Below, in pieces: positions 13,086 through 25,925 of a stretch of DNA of 64,000 nucleotides. The position numbers and the translations under genes are program-made. Positions within the stretch are counted from its first letter, which is position 1, and every line of letters starts with the position of its first letter. Below the pieces are notes generated by a model. The model did not search any database and was not told where the DNA came from. It saw only the letters and a program-made list of their open reading frames with translations. Source of the DNA: Octopus vulgaris (Eukaryota); contig OX597818.1 in the NCBI GenBank assembly GCA_951406725.2, forward strand, positions 5,146,001 to 5,210,000. Direction: 5' to 3'.

Positions 13086-13147
13086 TACACTGAAGAGATT
13101 CTTACCAACAAACAATGTATTTAAAAGAATCGAAACAATTGTATGTA
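13086..13147 (+). ncRNA. Minimal type I hammerhead ribozyme
   Basis: TACA-CTGAAGA-GATTCTT...AAGAATC-GAAA-CAATTG-TA^TGTA. Intact core, 4-bp stem I, 7-bp stem II and palindromic stem III (ACAATTGT). Confidence 0.85.
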
Positions 13148-13302
13148 CTCTGTATTTAGTATTTATTATTATATCATATTATATTATATTATATCATATT
13201 ATCATAAGAATATGATATAATATTATGTTAATAAATTTTAATTTTTGAATTGAGATTTGCATATCTCTATTTTCTATTCATATTTATATACATATATATG
13301 TA

Positions 13303-14098
13303 CAAGGTCTGATCAATAAGTACCCGGACTGTTGCCATAGTAACGATGCTAAATCGCGCAGGGTGAAGCTGCATGGCATAGATAGAACGTAACCTCTGCT
13401 GTGCATGCGCACTAAGTTTTGATGTCCTAGCTCACTTTCACTGTTTATAGCAGTGCTTGGAAGGATGGTATATAGAGTGTTGATGGTCCCATTGGCCATG
13501 ACACGGAAAGTTGCCAAGCCGTTGCCTGCTGAGAAGCCTACTTAGAATTGCAGACATTGCATGGAGAGAAGTGTATGAGCTGCACACAAGTGTATGAGTG
13601 GCCGAAAAAATATAGATATTGACGAACATTCTGGGAGACTCACAACTAGCATAACTGAGCAAACAATCACAGATGTGAAGGGAAATCGTCGAATAACCAT
13701 CCGTGAGTTAGCACAGGATATGCAGACTAGTTACGCTTCAGTTCAGTCCATTATCACTGAAGATTTGCGTATGAGACGCCTGCCTGTCAAGTTTGTGCCA
13801 AAACTGCTTTCAGCTAACCAAAAAGACACTTGGATTTCAGTTGCACAAATTCGCCCTTGATCGTGTCGAGACCAATGAAAACTTTTTGAGAAATCTATGT
13901 AGGCCTCTGAGAAGGCACCGCCAAGATTTTGGCAAAATTTTATGCATTTTCTCTGTTCAATTCTTTTTGTCATTGTCAATGCGACGATCACACGCCACAC
14001 ACCTTCCTTCCAAGCAGTGCTGTGAACAGCGGAAGTGAACTACAACGTTAAAACTTAATGCACATGCACAGCAGAGTGCAAGGTGAACCGTCCGGATA

Positions 14099-14101
<3 letters not shown>
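13303..14101. mobile_element. Mariner-derived element built from two opposed 5' ends
   Basis: The left end is TA+CAAGGTCTGATCAATAAGTACCCGGAC and the right end carries GTCCGGATACT. The + strand encodes RRITIRELA...VKFVPKLL, and the - strand encodes MTKRIEQRKCIKFC. Confidence 0.8.
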
Positions 14102-14160
<59 letters not shown>

Positions 14161-14344
14161 CATGTGTGAGCTAGTATGCGTGTATATGTGTATACGTGTG
14201 TGTGTGTATGTGAGTGTATATTTATAGTTGCGTGAATTTCCGGTTCGCTGGTATGGGTAGAGTGATGTTTATGTGTGAGGTGTCTGTGTGTGTAGGTGTG
14301 TGTGTGTATGAGGGCGTGTACGAGGATGCTTGTGTGTGTGTTCA

Positions 14345-15822
14345 TATGTGGTTACTTATTATGTGCGCCCCGTGGTGGATGCGGAATTAAGTGTTAGGGC
14401 GTCCAGAATGCCATGAAGGCCAGACTGCACAGACGCTGGGGGCTGGTGGTTGGCGGCTCTGCTCTTGGAGGTTTGTGACAATATCATTGGTGCAATCAGT
14501 GCTGGTGTCTTTTGCGGAGGCAGAGTTGGTGATTACGGGTGCCGGGTGAATAAGGTGACACTCTGTCGATTATGGCCCATTTGATGCTGGGTGTTTAATT
14601 TTGGAGGTCATGGAGTCTCCACAGGAACCGAGACAAAGAAATGGAGGTCTCACTGTCCCTGCATCTAAACAAGTGCATGAGCATGTGCTGTGTCTTCCCT
14701 TGAAATCGTTGGTTGTCACACCCGTATAGTGTGTTACGAAGCCATTAGATGGTGTGAGAATGGCATTGTAGACTATGGTCCGTGAGAGGCAGGAAATCTT
14801 CGAGGACAGCTGGTAGGGTTTCGGAAGTCGCAGGTTGTGGTAAGAGGTTGTGCGTATGCATTTTTGTGTCTGTTGAAGCGTACAATTTTAGATGCGATGT
14901 TGTGTAGAAAGGTGTAGCTAATTTTGATCCTGTGGAGGTTGCAGAGCTTATAATACTTGTGGTCTCTGAGAAACTGCTTCTGAATTAACGACAAGAATCC
15001 CCTGCCTACGTTAGTAGGTAGGGGCTTCCTACATCTAAGTTGGAGGAGGGTTGAACCAGAGTTTTCTTCTTCCTGATCCTCTTGGGGAGTGAGGAGGGTT
15101 TTCGGGTCCACCATATCTGTACGCTTCTCGATGAACCCGCTCCTTACCAAAGCATCATTGTAGATGATCTCTATATCGGCCAAGAGCTTGGAGACAAAGT
15201 TTCTAATTATAGCGGAAGATAGTTCGAGCTCTTGTGGATATATACGGCTTCCCCATAAGGTTTCTTGCACAGGTAGTACTTACCCACGTTCAGGTCTAAG
15301 GTTGGTGGTAACCGTTATGGACAGGCCGAATTCTTTGAATATTTTTAAAGTACTTCATGAACTTGGTGCGAGCGTTCAAATGGCTTGAGATTGTGTCCGT
15401 CGTCCCTATAAAGGGCCGACTCATGTGGATGTGTGCGTGTCTTGAGGATGTCAAAGATGAATAACCCGACAATTTCGGAGATCTCATCCCCGCCGTAGCT
15501 CCTCATACAGACATAGAACAATAGGTATTTTTTTTTTTTTTTTGTAGAAGTCGTGGTGGACAAGGATTGATTTTCTAGGGTCCATGATGATTCTGATACG
15601 GTGATCACTTATGCTAGTAAAGCGTTCCGCAAAATTTAAGGCCTTCAGGAGGAGGGATTTTGATGTAGAAGGCTAGTTGTCGACAATTTCAAACTGTGTG
15701 AATCTACAGGCTGATTTATTCTCGATACCACGGAACCAGTCTATCACCGCTGCGTTGGAATCTCATTAAGTCAATCCCTAACCCTTCTGATGTCGGAGTT
15801 GATGGTATTAAGAATACGCTTA
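14345..15822 (-). mobile_element. Penelope-like element (Naiad-like), 5'-truncated and degenerate
   Basis: MRSYGGDEISEIVGLF, ALYRDDG, TNVGRGFL..IKISY, CDFRNPTSCP and a GIY-YIG remnant IVYNA...HYTG. Confidence 0.85.
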
Positions 15823-15881
15823 CTAATAATATGTATGTATGTATGTATGTACGTATGTATGTATGTATGTATGTATATATG

Positions 15882-15956
<75 letters not shown>

Positions 15957-15980
15957 TTATCTATCTATCCATCTATCTAG

Positions 15981-16131
15981 AAGCGCAGGCGTGGCTGTGT
16001 GGTATGAACCACATGGTTCCGGGTTCAGTCCCACTGCGTGTTACTTTGGGCTAGTGTCTTCTTCTATAGCCTCAGACACACCAAAGACTTGTGCGTGGAT
16101 TTGGTTGACAGAAACTGAAAGAAGCTCGTCA
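15981..16131 (+). mobile_element. tRNA-derived SINE family A, 5' half
   Basis: Matches 60608-60770. B-box-like GGTTCAGTCCC. Ends in (TA)n/(CA)n. Confidence 0.85.
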
Positions 16132-16140
16132 TATACATAC

Positions 16141-16191
<51 letters not shown>

Positions 16192-16199
16192 CGCACACA

Positions 16200-16248
<49 letters not shown>

Positions 16249-16254
16249 TATTAT

Positions 16255-18790
16255 TAAAAAGTAAGGGATTACCCTCAAACGATTACCAATTTGCTCTCAG
16301 GTATTCAAAATTTTATTCAACAGTTAACGTATAAATCCAATAAAGTTCTTATAGGATAAGAAATTTGAGGGATATTCCATCGGATAATTTTGAATATATT
16401 TCATTAACCATATAGGTTTCCTGGAGTATAAATATTGACAATATTGAAAATATAGATCACTCCAAAATAGCAATAGCATTAGCTTTAATTCTATAATTGT
16501 ATACCACCTTTTAAGACCAACACATTTCAATTGCACCGATTAGTAATTGTTGCGATTTCAACGCTACTATAACATGGTGCAGTCTCTACAGGGCTTTAAC
16601 TTGTTATATCTCGGTATTGTTGTTTACTGATTTTCTTTTATAAACTCTGCGTTGTATAATTTAGAACCATCCGTTAAGTCAGACCCAAACAATTTGTATT
16701 TCAAGTGGATAATCCTTTTCAGTCCTTCATTTCAAAACCTTGAATAATTCAAATGGTAATTATTCATTTATACTTCGCAAATGTGAATTTCCTTATGTGC
16801 AAGCATCTCCAAGCTTGCTCTATAGAATTTATTACAGTACCCTTGGATGTGAAAATCCTGTAAGTTGCTTCAAAACATAGGTCATATCTCTTGGTTCCAG
16901 GTCTGTATGGTTTTGTAGTACAAATCAATTCCCATTTAATCGAGCTTGTTACTGTCCTTCAAAGACCAGATTAATTTGCTAAGACTCGTTTGAGACCATG
17001 TATTTTTGTCTTTAAATGAACTCAAATGATTTGCCAGTCTCCTCTTGAAAATTAATGATGTCCCACCGATGTAAAAGAATTCCTTACTCCCAGATGTTAT
17101 TATATATCTATATATTACAATTTTAGTTTTAAACTTATTTTCCATATAACAGTATTCCAATTTAGAACAATTGCATAGATAATCTTTTATATTTCCCTCA
17201 GATTTAGTTTCAATTTGATCATTCATTGTAGAATTGAATGCATTTCCACCAAGTTCCTTATTACTATTTACTCCTATATATAATTCTGTCTTTGTTCTAT
17301 TTCTAGCTGAATTTTTATTCGATTTGACGTTATTATTTATGTTAAATTGGGTTGTTTCCCTTTCCAGGACATTTAATTTCTTAGCATTCCCTACTACATG
17401 AGTTTCTTTATTCCGTTTTACGTTATTATGCTTCGAATTTGTTACGCTATTCTGATCGTAATAACGTTTTTGAAATTTCGATATTATTTTAGCATTGTGT
17501 GCTGCTATAACTTGTGCATTATTACGGCTAAGACAATAACCCGATCTAATGTAATGTTGATTACAAATTTTGTAATATTTGTGGTTTATCGCAAAATATT
17601 TTTGAATTGCTATATTAAGTAATTTGGAAATATTGCAATTGACCTGCTTACCAAATAGAACGATTAACCATAAGGAATACTTCTAGTTGAGATCATAATT
17701 TTGATATTTACACCCATTTTTCGAAGGAGTAAGTATTCTCTGATTTCAATCTATTTTAATGTTAGCGTTTATTTTAGTTTATTTTTATATTTAAATCCTT
17801 TAGCCGATTTTATATTAAAAGAACGTGAGATTTTATTGCAGAATACTACATGCTCATTTCCATTAACAGTACGAAAATTTTTAATCCGGTTATCAACAAT
17901 CTTATGATTTTTCCTTTTGTTATAAATATAATTTTTCATTTGTTTATTTTCACTATTAAAATCACCTGCTCTTGTTATTTTATCAACTTGAATATTTAAT
18001 TTTAAGACTCCACTCCTACATTTGTTATAAGTAGATTTGTTTATAGTACTAGAGTTTAGGTCTGTAATATTAAAATTCCTATTTAAATCTGATTTGATAT
18101 TTGACTAATTAAACTGAATTTTATTGTTATACCCCACTTTCTGAAGTGCCAAGTTATAGTAGTCTTCATAACGTTTGAAAGTACTCTCCATTGGCTGATA
18201 ATTTACTTATTCTAGACGAAATGTTCTTTATTAGTGAGTTTGTTACTGATTTGGGAAGATTACTTCCAATATTTACATTAAGTTTATGACAGGGTTTATA
18301 AATTCCTTTTTTAATCTTCAACATAACATCGAAGAAGTTAACAGAGTTATGTTCATCCGCTATCGTTTTTGATAGACCAATATATTTACAGAAATAAAAA
18401 CAAATCTTTCTATATATTTCCAAAATTCTACTAGATCTGTTTACAATTGTAAGAAGCGCACCATCGTTATATAAACCTCCTATAATTTCATGGAATACCC
18501 AATTTAGAGAAAACAGTATATAAATTCCTACCAACTCAGTAAGCTGCGCCGAACACGTAGACCCCATAGTAATGTCAAACATATTCGGTCTATCCTTCCT
18601 AATCCAATATTTATTCTCAAATCTAGTCGCCAAAATAACATCTATTTCACCCGTAATTATTTCCGTTTTTTTTGCAATCATTTTTACAGTAGGGTTGCAA
18701 TTGCAACGATTTCTAATCGATTCAATTGAAGCATGTGTTGGTCTTAAAAGTTATGGAATCAAAGGTAATGTTATTGCTATTATGGAGTAA
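16255..18790 (-). mobile_element. Penelope-like element (Naiad-like), 5'-truncated and degenerate
   Basis: FDITMGSTCSAQLTELVG, GLYNDGAL, CNC-x5-C and VIYRY...FYIGGT...RRLANH. Confidence 0.88.
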
Positions 18791-18799
18791 TCCTTATTT

Positions 18800-19030
18800 T
18801 TAATATTGTCAAATTGCTCGAAATTTTGAGTGGATAAACAGCTGACAACTGATGAAGAGTCATTCTATATGTCACTTGTCTTCTTTTCCATTTGTTTCTT
18901 TCGTTGTTCGCAAAAAATTCTTATTCCATGTTTTCGTATTTCATATTTCATGTCGTTTTCGTATTTCATATTGTTTACGTTTTATGACGTCCTGTACCCA
19001 TATATGCATATGTATATACATATATATGTA
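18800..19030 (+). mobile_element. Short unclassified repeat (element Y), diverged copy
   Basis: Resembles the reverse complement of 48780-49010 (ACTGA(T/A)GAAG ... GTCCTGTAC(C/T)CATATATGC). Confidence 0.55.
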
Positions 19031-19175
19031 AGTATGTACATGTATAGAGTCAACATATTTTGGGAAGTTCTTACTGTCCCTTATAGATGCATGCCTACAC
19101 ACACACACACACACACATGTATGTGTGTGTATGTTTGTTGTGCATTCATATGTATAGAAGTATGCATATATGAAC

Positions 19176-19235
<60 letters not shown>

Positions 19236-20659
19236 GCATAGATGCTGAGATATAAATGTTTGTGTGCAGGTATGTGTGTGTGCACGCACGCGTGAATGTG
19301 TGTTTGCGTATAGTGGTAAATATATAATTGCATGGCATAATTTCATTTCTTTAATAAAAATAATTAATTTGTTGTAATACAAAATGTTTGAACCATTGCT
19401 TACGGTTAGGTGCTTTCATACAGCAGATAATTGTATTAATTAGAAGATAAGGTATGTTCCTTGCTCCTAAACATCAACACGAATAAAATAAAAATAAAAT
19501 AAGATGAATAAAAAAGCAAACAAATATATATGTATTTCATATGGCTAATGAAATACCATCATAAGTGTGTGTAAAAACATAATATTGTAACATCATTGGT
19601 CAATTTGGTGGAAGTGAATATTACAACAAACGCGTACATTTTTCTTTGAGATATACTTGTGTTATCTTAAAGTTTAATATTCTTCTTTCAAGTTACAAAA
19701 ATGACGCATCTTGGATCGTGACGAGATAATGTTAATTTAAAATTCTTATCTCTTTCGGATTTGTCTGTCGAATGCTTAATTACTTCATTATTTATGAAAT
19801 AGGAAGCCATATAGCTTTGAACCGCATTTTTACACTCATATGTTTCTCAACGCTTATCTTAATTGGATCCATATAGCACTATTAAATAAATTTCTCCATT
19901 AATCAATTTATATTTTATTATTATATTTATTATATTACTCATAAATTCGAAATATTCCAATCCTGTCCATATTTGATATAATCATTTGAATTATTTCTTG
20001 GAATAATTGGGAGATATAACGACATTGGCATTCACGTGATATGCTATATAGCAAAAATATTATCAGTTTTAACTTGTATGACAAATATAATGCGTAAAAG
20101 ACAATAACTACGATTTCAATAACTTATATAACTAAGTTCATCTATCCTCTCTCTACGTATCTCCCTATCTCTCTCTCTCTCTCTATCTATCTAACTCTCT
20201 CTCTATATATATATATATAGACTCTCATGTACACAAACACATACATTAATTTCTATAATATATTGATATATGTGTGTGAGTGTGTGAATATGTGTTTATA
20301 CGCATGCACGACGTGTGTAAATAAATATGTATGTGTGCAGATTCAGCACATAAATACCAGCACTCCCCTAGCAAGGACATATTCACGGACATATTCTCAT
20401 ACATATTCACGTTTATATTCGTGTCTTCATTCACATCCGTACATTCTATTGTCTGAAGTATGAAACTTTCATTCCTTAATATTGTTACTTTCCTTTATTG
20501 ACACTCACGATTAGTACTAATTTTCTGCTTTCTTTTCTTTTTTTTGGCCAAATGAAAGACACGTTTCAATCCATTTAGTATAAGTTCCGCATCTCGTTTA
20601 GTACATCACTAACTACTAAAATTACCAGCGTATGCCCACAGACAAATATACATAAATAT

Positions 20660-21810
20660 ATGTATTGCATATACGTAAGTATATCTGTCTATCTACTTAT
20701 CTGTATCTATATCTATCTATCTACCTATATATATATATCTACACACACACATGCACACACACACACATGTACGCACATACACACACATATACGCACACAC
20801 ATATATACCCACACACATGCACACACACACACATACGCACATACATGCACGCATGCACACGCGCACACCTACACGCATACACACACACACACGCACGTAC
20901 ACATACATACATACACACACGCATACATACACCCATACACATACATGCATCCTACACACACATACATACACACTCACACATACATACACACACACGCACT
21001 CACTCACACACCTGTATGTTCGCGCACACACATGCACATACACACACTTCCCCACACCCACACGTACATACATACACACTCATACACACATACACACACA
21101 CACACACACACGGACATACATCTATGCACACACATATATACACACATACTCACATACATTCATCGGACACACTGCCACCCAGACATACACACAGACACAC
21201 TCACACATCCACACGCACACATACGTACGCGCACACTCGCAGGCTCGCGCACACACGCGTTTGCGCCGGTTCGCGCACGCATGCGCCCGCATGCACCTCG
21301 CCCTTGGACCCGACGAGACCTCCCGCCCGTTCCTGGGATGTCGCTTGTCGTTGGGTTTTCCCACGCCCGTCTCCGCGGGACCACTCTTCCATCTTCCCCT
21401 CCGCTGGAGTCCTTTTCCTAACCCCCCCCCCCTTTTTTTCGTTACACACACGCGCACACATATACACACATTGCTTAAACATATACATCACTCTTACACA
21501 CATTCAATCTACTCGCCACTAATACTACCACGACACTGGACACACACACACACTACTACTCAACACACGCTGGCACGCTACATACGCCCCCACCCCTTCC
21601 CCTCCCTCCCTTCCTCCTTCCTCCCTTTTCTCACTACTGACCTTTGTCTGCTATGCTGCTGCTATGCTGACCACCGTCTCGCCCTACCTCACACGCCTAC
21701 ACACAGACGCACACACTAACACATACATATATTTTTTGTTTTTTTACCTCGCCTCACACACACACATACACACACGCACACGCACACACTCACGCATACA
21801 CACACATCTG
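20660..21810. repeat. Long degenerate (CA)/(TA) compound microsatellite with a GC-rich insert
   Basis: Directly visible, and the source of the His/Thr-rich pseudo-ORFs. Confidence 0.9.
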
Positions 21811-21899
21811 TTGCGTTACCAACCTTGTCTCCACTCTTTTGCCTTTAAAAACCCACTTTGCTCTTGTTATCGTAAACATCCGCCTTTCACCATGTGCTA

Positions 21900-22099
21900 C
21901 TGCTAACACCAGCCGTTTTTTTCTCTATCTCCGTTGCCCGCTCCGGGATCTTTCTTTCCTCTCTCTTCCTTCTTTATGTTTCCGACGAAGAGCTCCGCTC
22001 GAAACGTCATACCTCCCTGCTTCCATTTCCTGAGCGCCTATTAATAATAATACTGTAATTGTTCCCTTGTTGTTGTTTTTTTTGTTTCCCGTTTGGATT

Positions 22100-22104
<5 letters not shown>
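21900..22104 (+). mobile_element. Hammerhead-bearing terminal segment related to element Z (52947..53307)
   Basis: Shares the hammerhead, TTTCCTGA(G/A)CG, AATAATACT and the terminal GTTTGGATTAA before (TA)n. Confidence 0.75.
21978..22012 (+). ncRNA. Minimal hammerhead motif with a mutated core (CCGA instead of CUGA)
   Basis: GTTT-CCGACGA-A-GAGC-TCC-GCTC-GAAA-C-GTC^ATAC. Confidence 0.6.
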
Positions 22105-22166
<62 letters not shown>

Positions 22167-22430
22167 TATATACATTCATTTATTTATATGTGTGTATATG
22201 CGTAAATTTACCATATATTATACGAATATATAATTTTTTCACGTTGCTCCAGCCAGTCCACTCAGCCAGAAAAAAAATTCACACTCTGTGTCACATTCAG
22301 TCTCCCTGAATACTACGATAATGTTACGCGTATCCTTGGATTGCTCAGCCACTTGCACGTTAAATTCAAGAGCAAGTTGTTCCGTTGAATGAACCAAAAA
22401 GAATATTTGTCATATACCTGAATGTGTGTT

Positions 22431-22660
22431 GGTGGTGAGCTGGCAGACTCGTTAGCGTGCCGCACAAAATGCTTAACAGTATTTGGTCCGTCTTTAGGTT
22501 CTGAGTTCAAATTTCGCCAAGGTCGATTTTACATTTTATCCTTTCGGTGTCAATGAAATAAGTACCAGTTATGCACTGGAGTCAATATAATGGACTTGCC
22601 CCTCACTCAAAATTTCAGGGTGTGGCTATAGTAGAAAAGATTATTATTATTATTATTATT
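22431..22660 (+). mobile_element. SINE family C with (TTA)n tail
   Basis: GGTGAGCTGGCAGA head and B-box-like GAGTTCAAATT. Ends AGTAGAAAAGATTATTATT. A second copy is at 25926. Confidence 0.8.
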
Positions 22661-22671
22661 ACTATCATCAC

Positions 22672-22965
22672 TTTACTTCTCAGAACGTCGGGTCTTGTTT
22701 GTTCTGATTAATTCTGTGAGAGCGGACAGCAGCCTTCTGCCAGAGGTCTCACAGGGTCTCTTCCCGCATATTGTAAGCTTTGATACTTGGTTGTTAATTA
22801 TCGTGGGAGACATTCAACATCCAAATACCAATATCAAAATCCTAACTGTCCCCAACAGCGCAGTTTTTTTGGCTTGCTCTGCTTTCATGTCAATTCCGAT
22901 TTCTTTGGCATATTTCTCATACGAAGTTTGTTAGTGCTCCGAGTGCCCCTACACCTACTGGAATG
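22672..22965 (-). mobile_element. 3' fragment of an R4/Dong-like element
   Basis: The minus strand encodes IPVGVGALGALT...KTALLGTVRIL, then a UTR and (TAA)n. Confidence 0.78.
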
Positions 22966-22984
22966 ACACACTTTCCTCACAGTT

Positions 22985-25908
22985 CACATTCTGTCGACTT
23001 AGATAGGCTTCATAGACAGGATCCCGGTTACTGGAAGCTGAACATGTCGTTACCGGTGCGTCAAGCTTACAGCGACCGGATTAGCGAATTAGTTAAGGGG
23101 GCAGTCGTCAATAATAACTGGTGCTTTGCTATTAAAAGGACAATTAGAGTAGAATCAATTAGCTTTAGCAAAGCGTTAGCGGTAAAACGAAATAGAATAG
23201 AGGGAGATTTAGTTAGAAAGTTAGATGAGGCACTTAGGACAGGCATCACAAGCGACATGTTGGCGGCGAGGTTGGCCCTCGTCCAATTTTTTGACGCCAA
23301 ACACGAAGGCTGCGTTGTCAGAGCTAAGGCATGTTTAATAAGCGTGGAGGGAAAGAAAGTGTTGCGATGAGCTTGCGTGTCGAAGACAAAAAGTGGTTAT
23401 AAAACCACCATTCGGTCTTTGGTAGACTAGAATGGATGCAAGGTGTTCGAACCGAAATAGATGTGCGCATCTTTTCAGCAGCATTTTGCTCAACTGTTCG
23501 GGACGAATGGTAGGGCAGACTTTGGTGTGGTACCTTAACGGCCTGCTATGAGTCTCGGCGAGGTGAAAAGCCAGTAACAGCCGCAGATATACAGGAAGCG
23601 ATGAAGAGTTGCACGAAAGGTAGATCGCCGGGTTTCGATTGTCTGTCCTATGAGCTTTATACTTCGATACCAAACTTGTTTGCGGGCCTCTTAGAAGATG
23701 TCTACTTCAACTGGCAGCTGAATGGGAGAATTCCCACTTTTGTTTGTCGAGTGGCGGTGGTACTACTGAGAAAGGACGCAAACAAGGGGGCACGTTATAG
23801 AAAATTTGAGGTCCATCACTCTAATCAATGCAGAGTTGAAGATTTTGGCCAAGGTGTTAGCCAAGAGGTTGGTCCTTGTCTTGGACAAGCTGGTTGGCGA
23901 GGCGCAAATATGCACCATCCTAACCAGGACTATTCGTGCAACCTCCATCTTATGCGCTACATGATAGAGAGGGTGGTTAATGAAGCTAGAATGGGTGAGG
24001 CTCTGATCAATTTAGATAAATCTAAAGCCTTTGATAAGGTCAACCATCAATACTTGGCAGCTGTCCTCAAGTCAGCCTGACTAGGTCCAGATTTTTGCGG
24101 TTGTATCGCTATTTTGTACAGCAACATCTGCTTCGTTTTTCAGGTGAATGGTCACCTGTCGGAGTCATTTAGCATCTTGCGTTTGATCCTTCGAGGGTGC
24201 CCTCTCTCCTCCCTTCTGTATGTATTGGCTCTTGAGACATTACTGCGGAAGTTGGAGGTTTTGATGGGTGTCAAGCATGATCTAGGAAGTGGGAGAGGTG
24301 TGTCTGCTTACGTTGATGTCACCGTCATATAGTCGAACCACAGGCATATAGACTTGATTGGCGACACACAAGAATGTGAAGCGGTGACAGGAGCAAAAAT
24401 TAACGCGGAAAATTAGGTAGGCTTGCAATTCGACACCTAGAGAGGCAAGTCCATGCCGTCCAATAGTGTCGTGGGGCGCTGGACAGAAAGTCCCGTTAAA
24501 TATCCAGAAGTTTGGTTTGATCCAGACCTCCAGATGGAGAAAAAACTAGGACGAGGTGACGAGCAGAGTAGCCAATCCCACCCAGAAATGGGCGTAGAGG
24601 AAGCTGTCTCTGAAAGGTCGAGCGGAGGTGGCGAATGCGTACATCGCATCCATCATCTATTACCGCTTGACTTTCGTCCCTTGCCCCGTTTGCTAGTTGA
24701 CCAAGTTGATGCGTTTACTCTTCCTCTTTCTGAGGAGGGGGTGCATTTTACTGGTGAGGGGCTTCATCTGCAGTTAACAGTCGCTGAATGGAGGGCTGGG
24801 CATGTCGTTGTTAGTAATGCACATACATGTGCTGAGGCAGCGGCATGTCCTGCGTTTCTTTGACTGTGAACAAGTGTGGTCATCATTTGTCAGGCACACT
24901 TTCCCACAGCTCGTCGCTTTGACTGATCTGCAAACCTGCATTAGACGTAGACCAAGGAGAGGTGCTTGGTACCTCGAGTGCCGTCAAGCGCTTGCAGCCT
25001 TCTGCTAGGTGGGCAATGCGGCCGGTAGTAATTCCACTCTAGCATTCTATAGAGGGCTAGTGGAGGGAAAGTGCGACGACGTCCTCAGAGAAGCTCTGGG
25101 CATCGATGAAGTTCCAACTAACCCGTCTGTTTCGGAGAACTTTCAGGCCTGGGCCTATGGATAACTTCCAGAAATCCCTTACCTGGCAGTGCTACCGAGA
25201 GGTGCTACCTGTTCGAGATAAACTTTACAGGTATGGGAGTGCTGTCAGCCGGGCCTACCCGAGATTTACGCAGAACGATGTAACCGTTTTACACACCCTC
25301 GTCCAGTGTCCGAGCATTGCTGACCTGTGGGTTTATGTCGAACACCTGCTGTCGCGTGTAAGACGAATTCGGCTATCAGGCGAATCCATAGTGAAGATTA
25401 TCGCGCCGCCCTCATTTGGCCGGGAGGGAGAGGTAGTTTCTATTTGTTTGGTGGCTGTAGCGAAAGAGTTAGTATGGTGGACTCGTCTGAAAGGGCTAAA
25501 GTCAGACACTTTTCTCCTTGGCCAAGCCCGCAACAGCTTTTTGAAGTTTCACTTGAAAAAGAAGTTGAGGGTGAAGAGGGAAGTGTTGCCTTCTAGCAAG
25601 TTTGATGAAAGGTAGATGAATGTTGGAAGAATGGCCAGTGTGAAAGGACTAATTCTGAGAATACACCTGTAAAAAGAAAATTAAAAGAGAAGGGCTCTTG
25701 CCCTGTTAATCAGGCACCCATGGTTTTGTTAGTTTTTCCTCGAGGACCTTAAAGCGCCTCTCCTATTGGGAGATTTAATTTGCTTAATTTTTTTTATTGT
25801 TTCTCTTGTTTACATGCCGTAAAACCCATTGTGTCGTCCCGTTTTTGTGTTTTATGTATTATTTCATTTAATGTTTTATGTGAGCTCCTGTGGCTAAAAA
25901 AAGAATTG
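22985..25908 (+). mobile_element. L1/Tx1-clade LINE, ORF2 region, 5'-truncated and heavily disrupted
   Basis: PGYWKLN, RSPGFD..YELY, LDKSKAFDKVNH, RGCPLSSLLY..ALE and a zf-RVT-like LPVRDKL...TVLHTLVQCP. The A-rich 3' end precedes (TTA)n. Confidence 0.88.
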
Positions 25909-25925
25909 ACTATTATTATTAATTT

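Noticed and set aside
16548-16594. Degenerate minus-strand hammerhead in the PLE 3' region (CTGTAGA...GAAA)
   Set aside because: The core is mutated and stems I and III are unconvincing.
18816-18860. Type II-permuted hammerhead GCTC-GAAA...CTGATGA-A-GAGT
   Set aside because: Stem II is possible but stem I does not pair, so it is not called as a feature.
20660-21719. Long His/Thr- or Val/Cys-rich ORFs (up to 322 aa), plus many poly-Ile, poly-Asn and YIYI ORFs elsewhere
   Set aside because: They are translations of CA/TG, TAA and TA microsatellites, open in several frames and lacking domain motifs.
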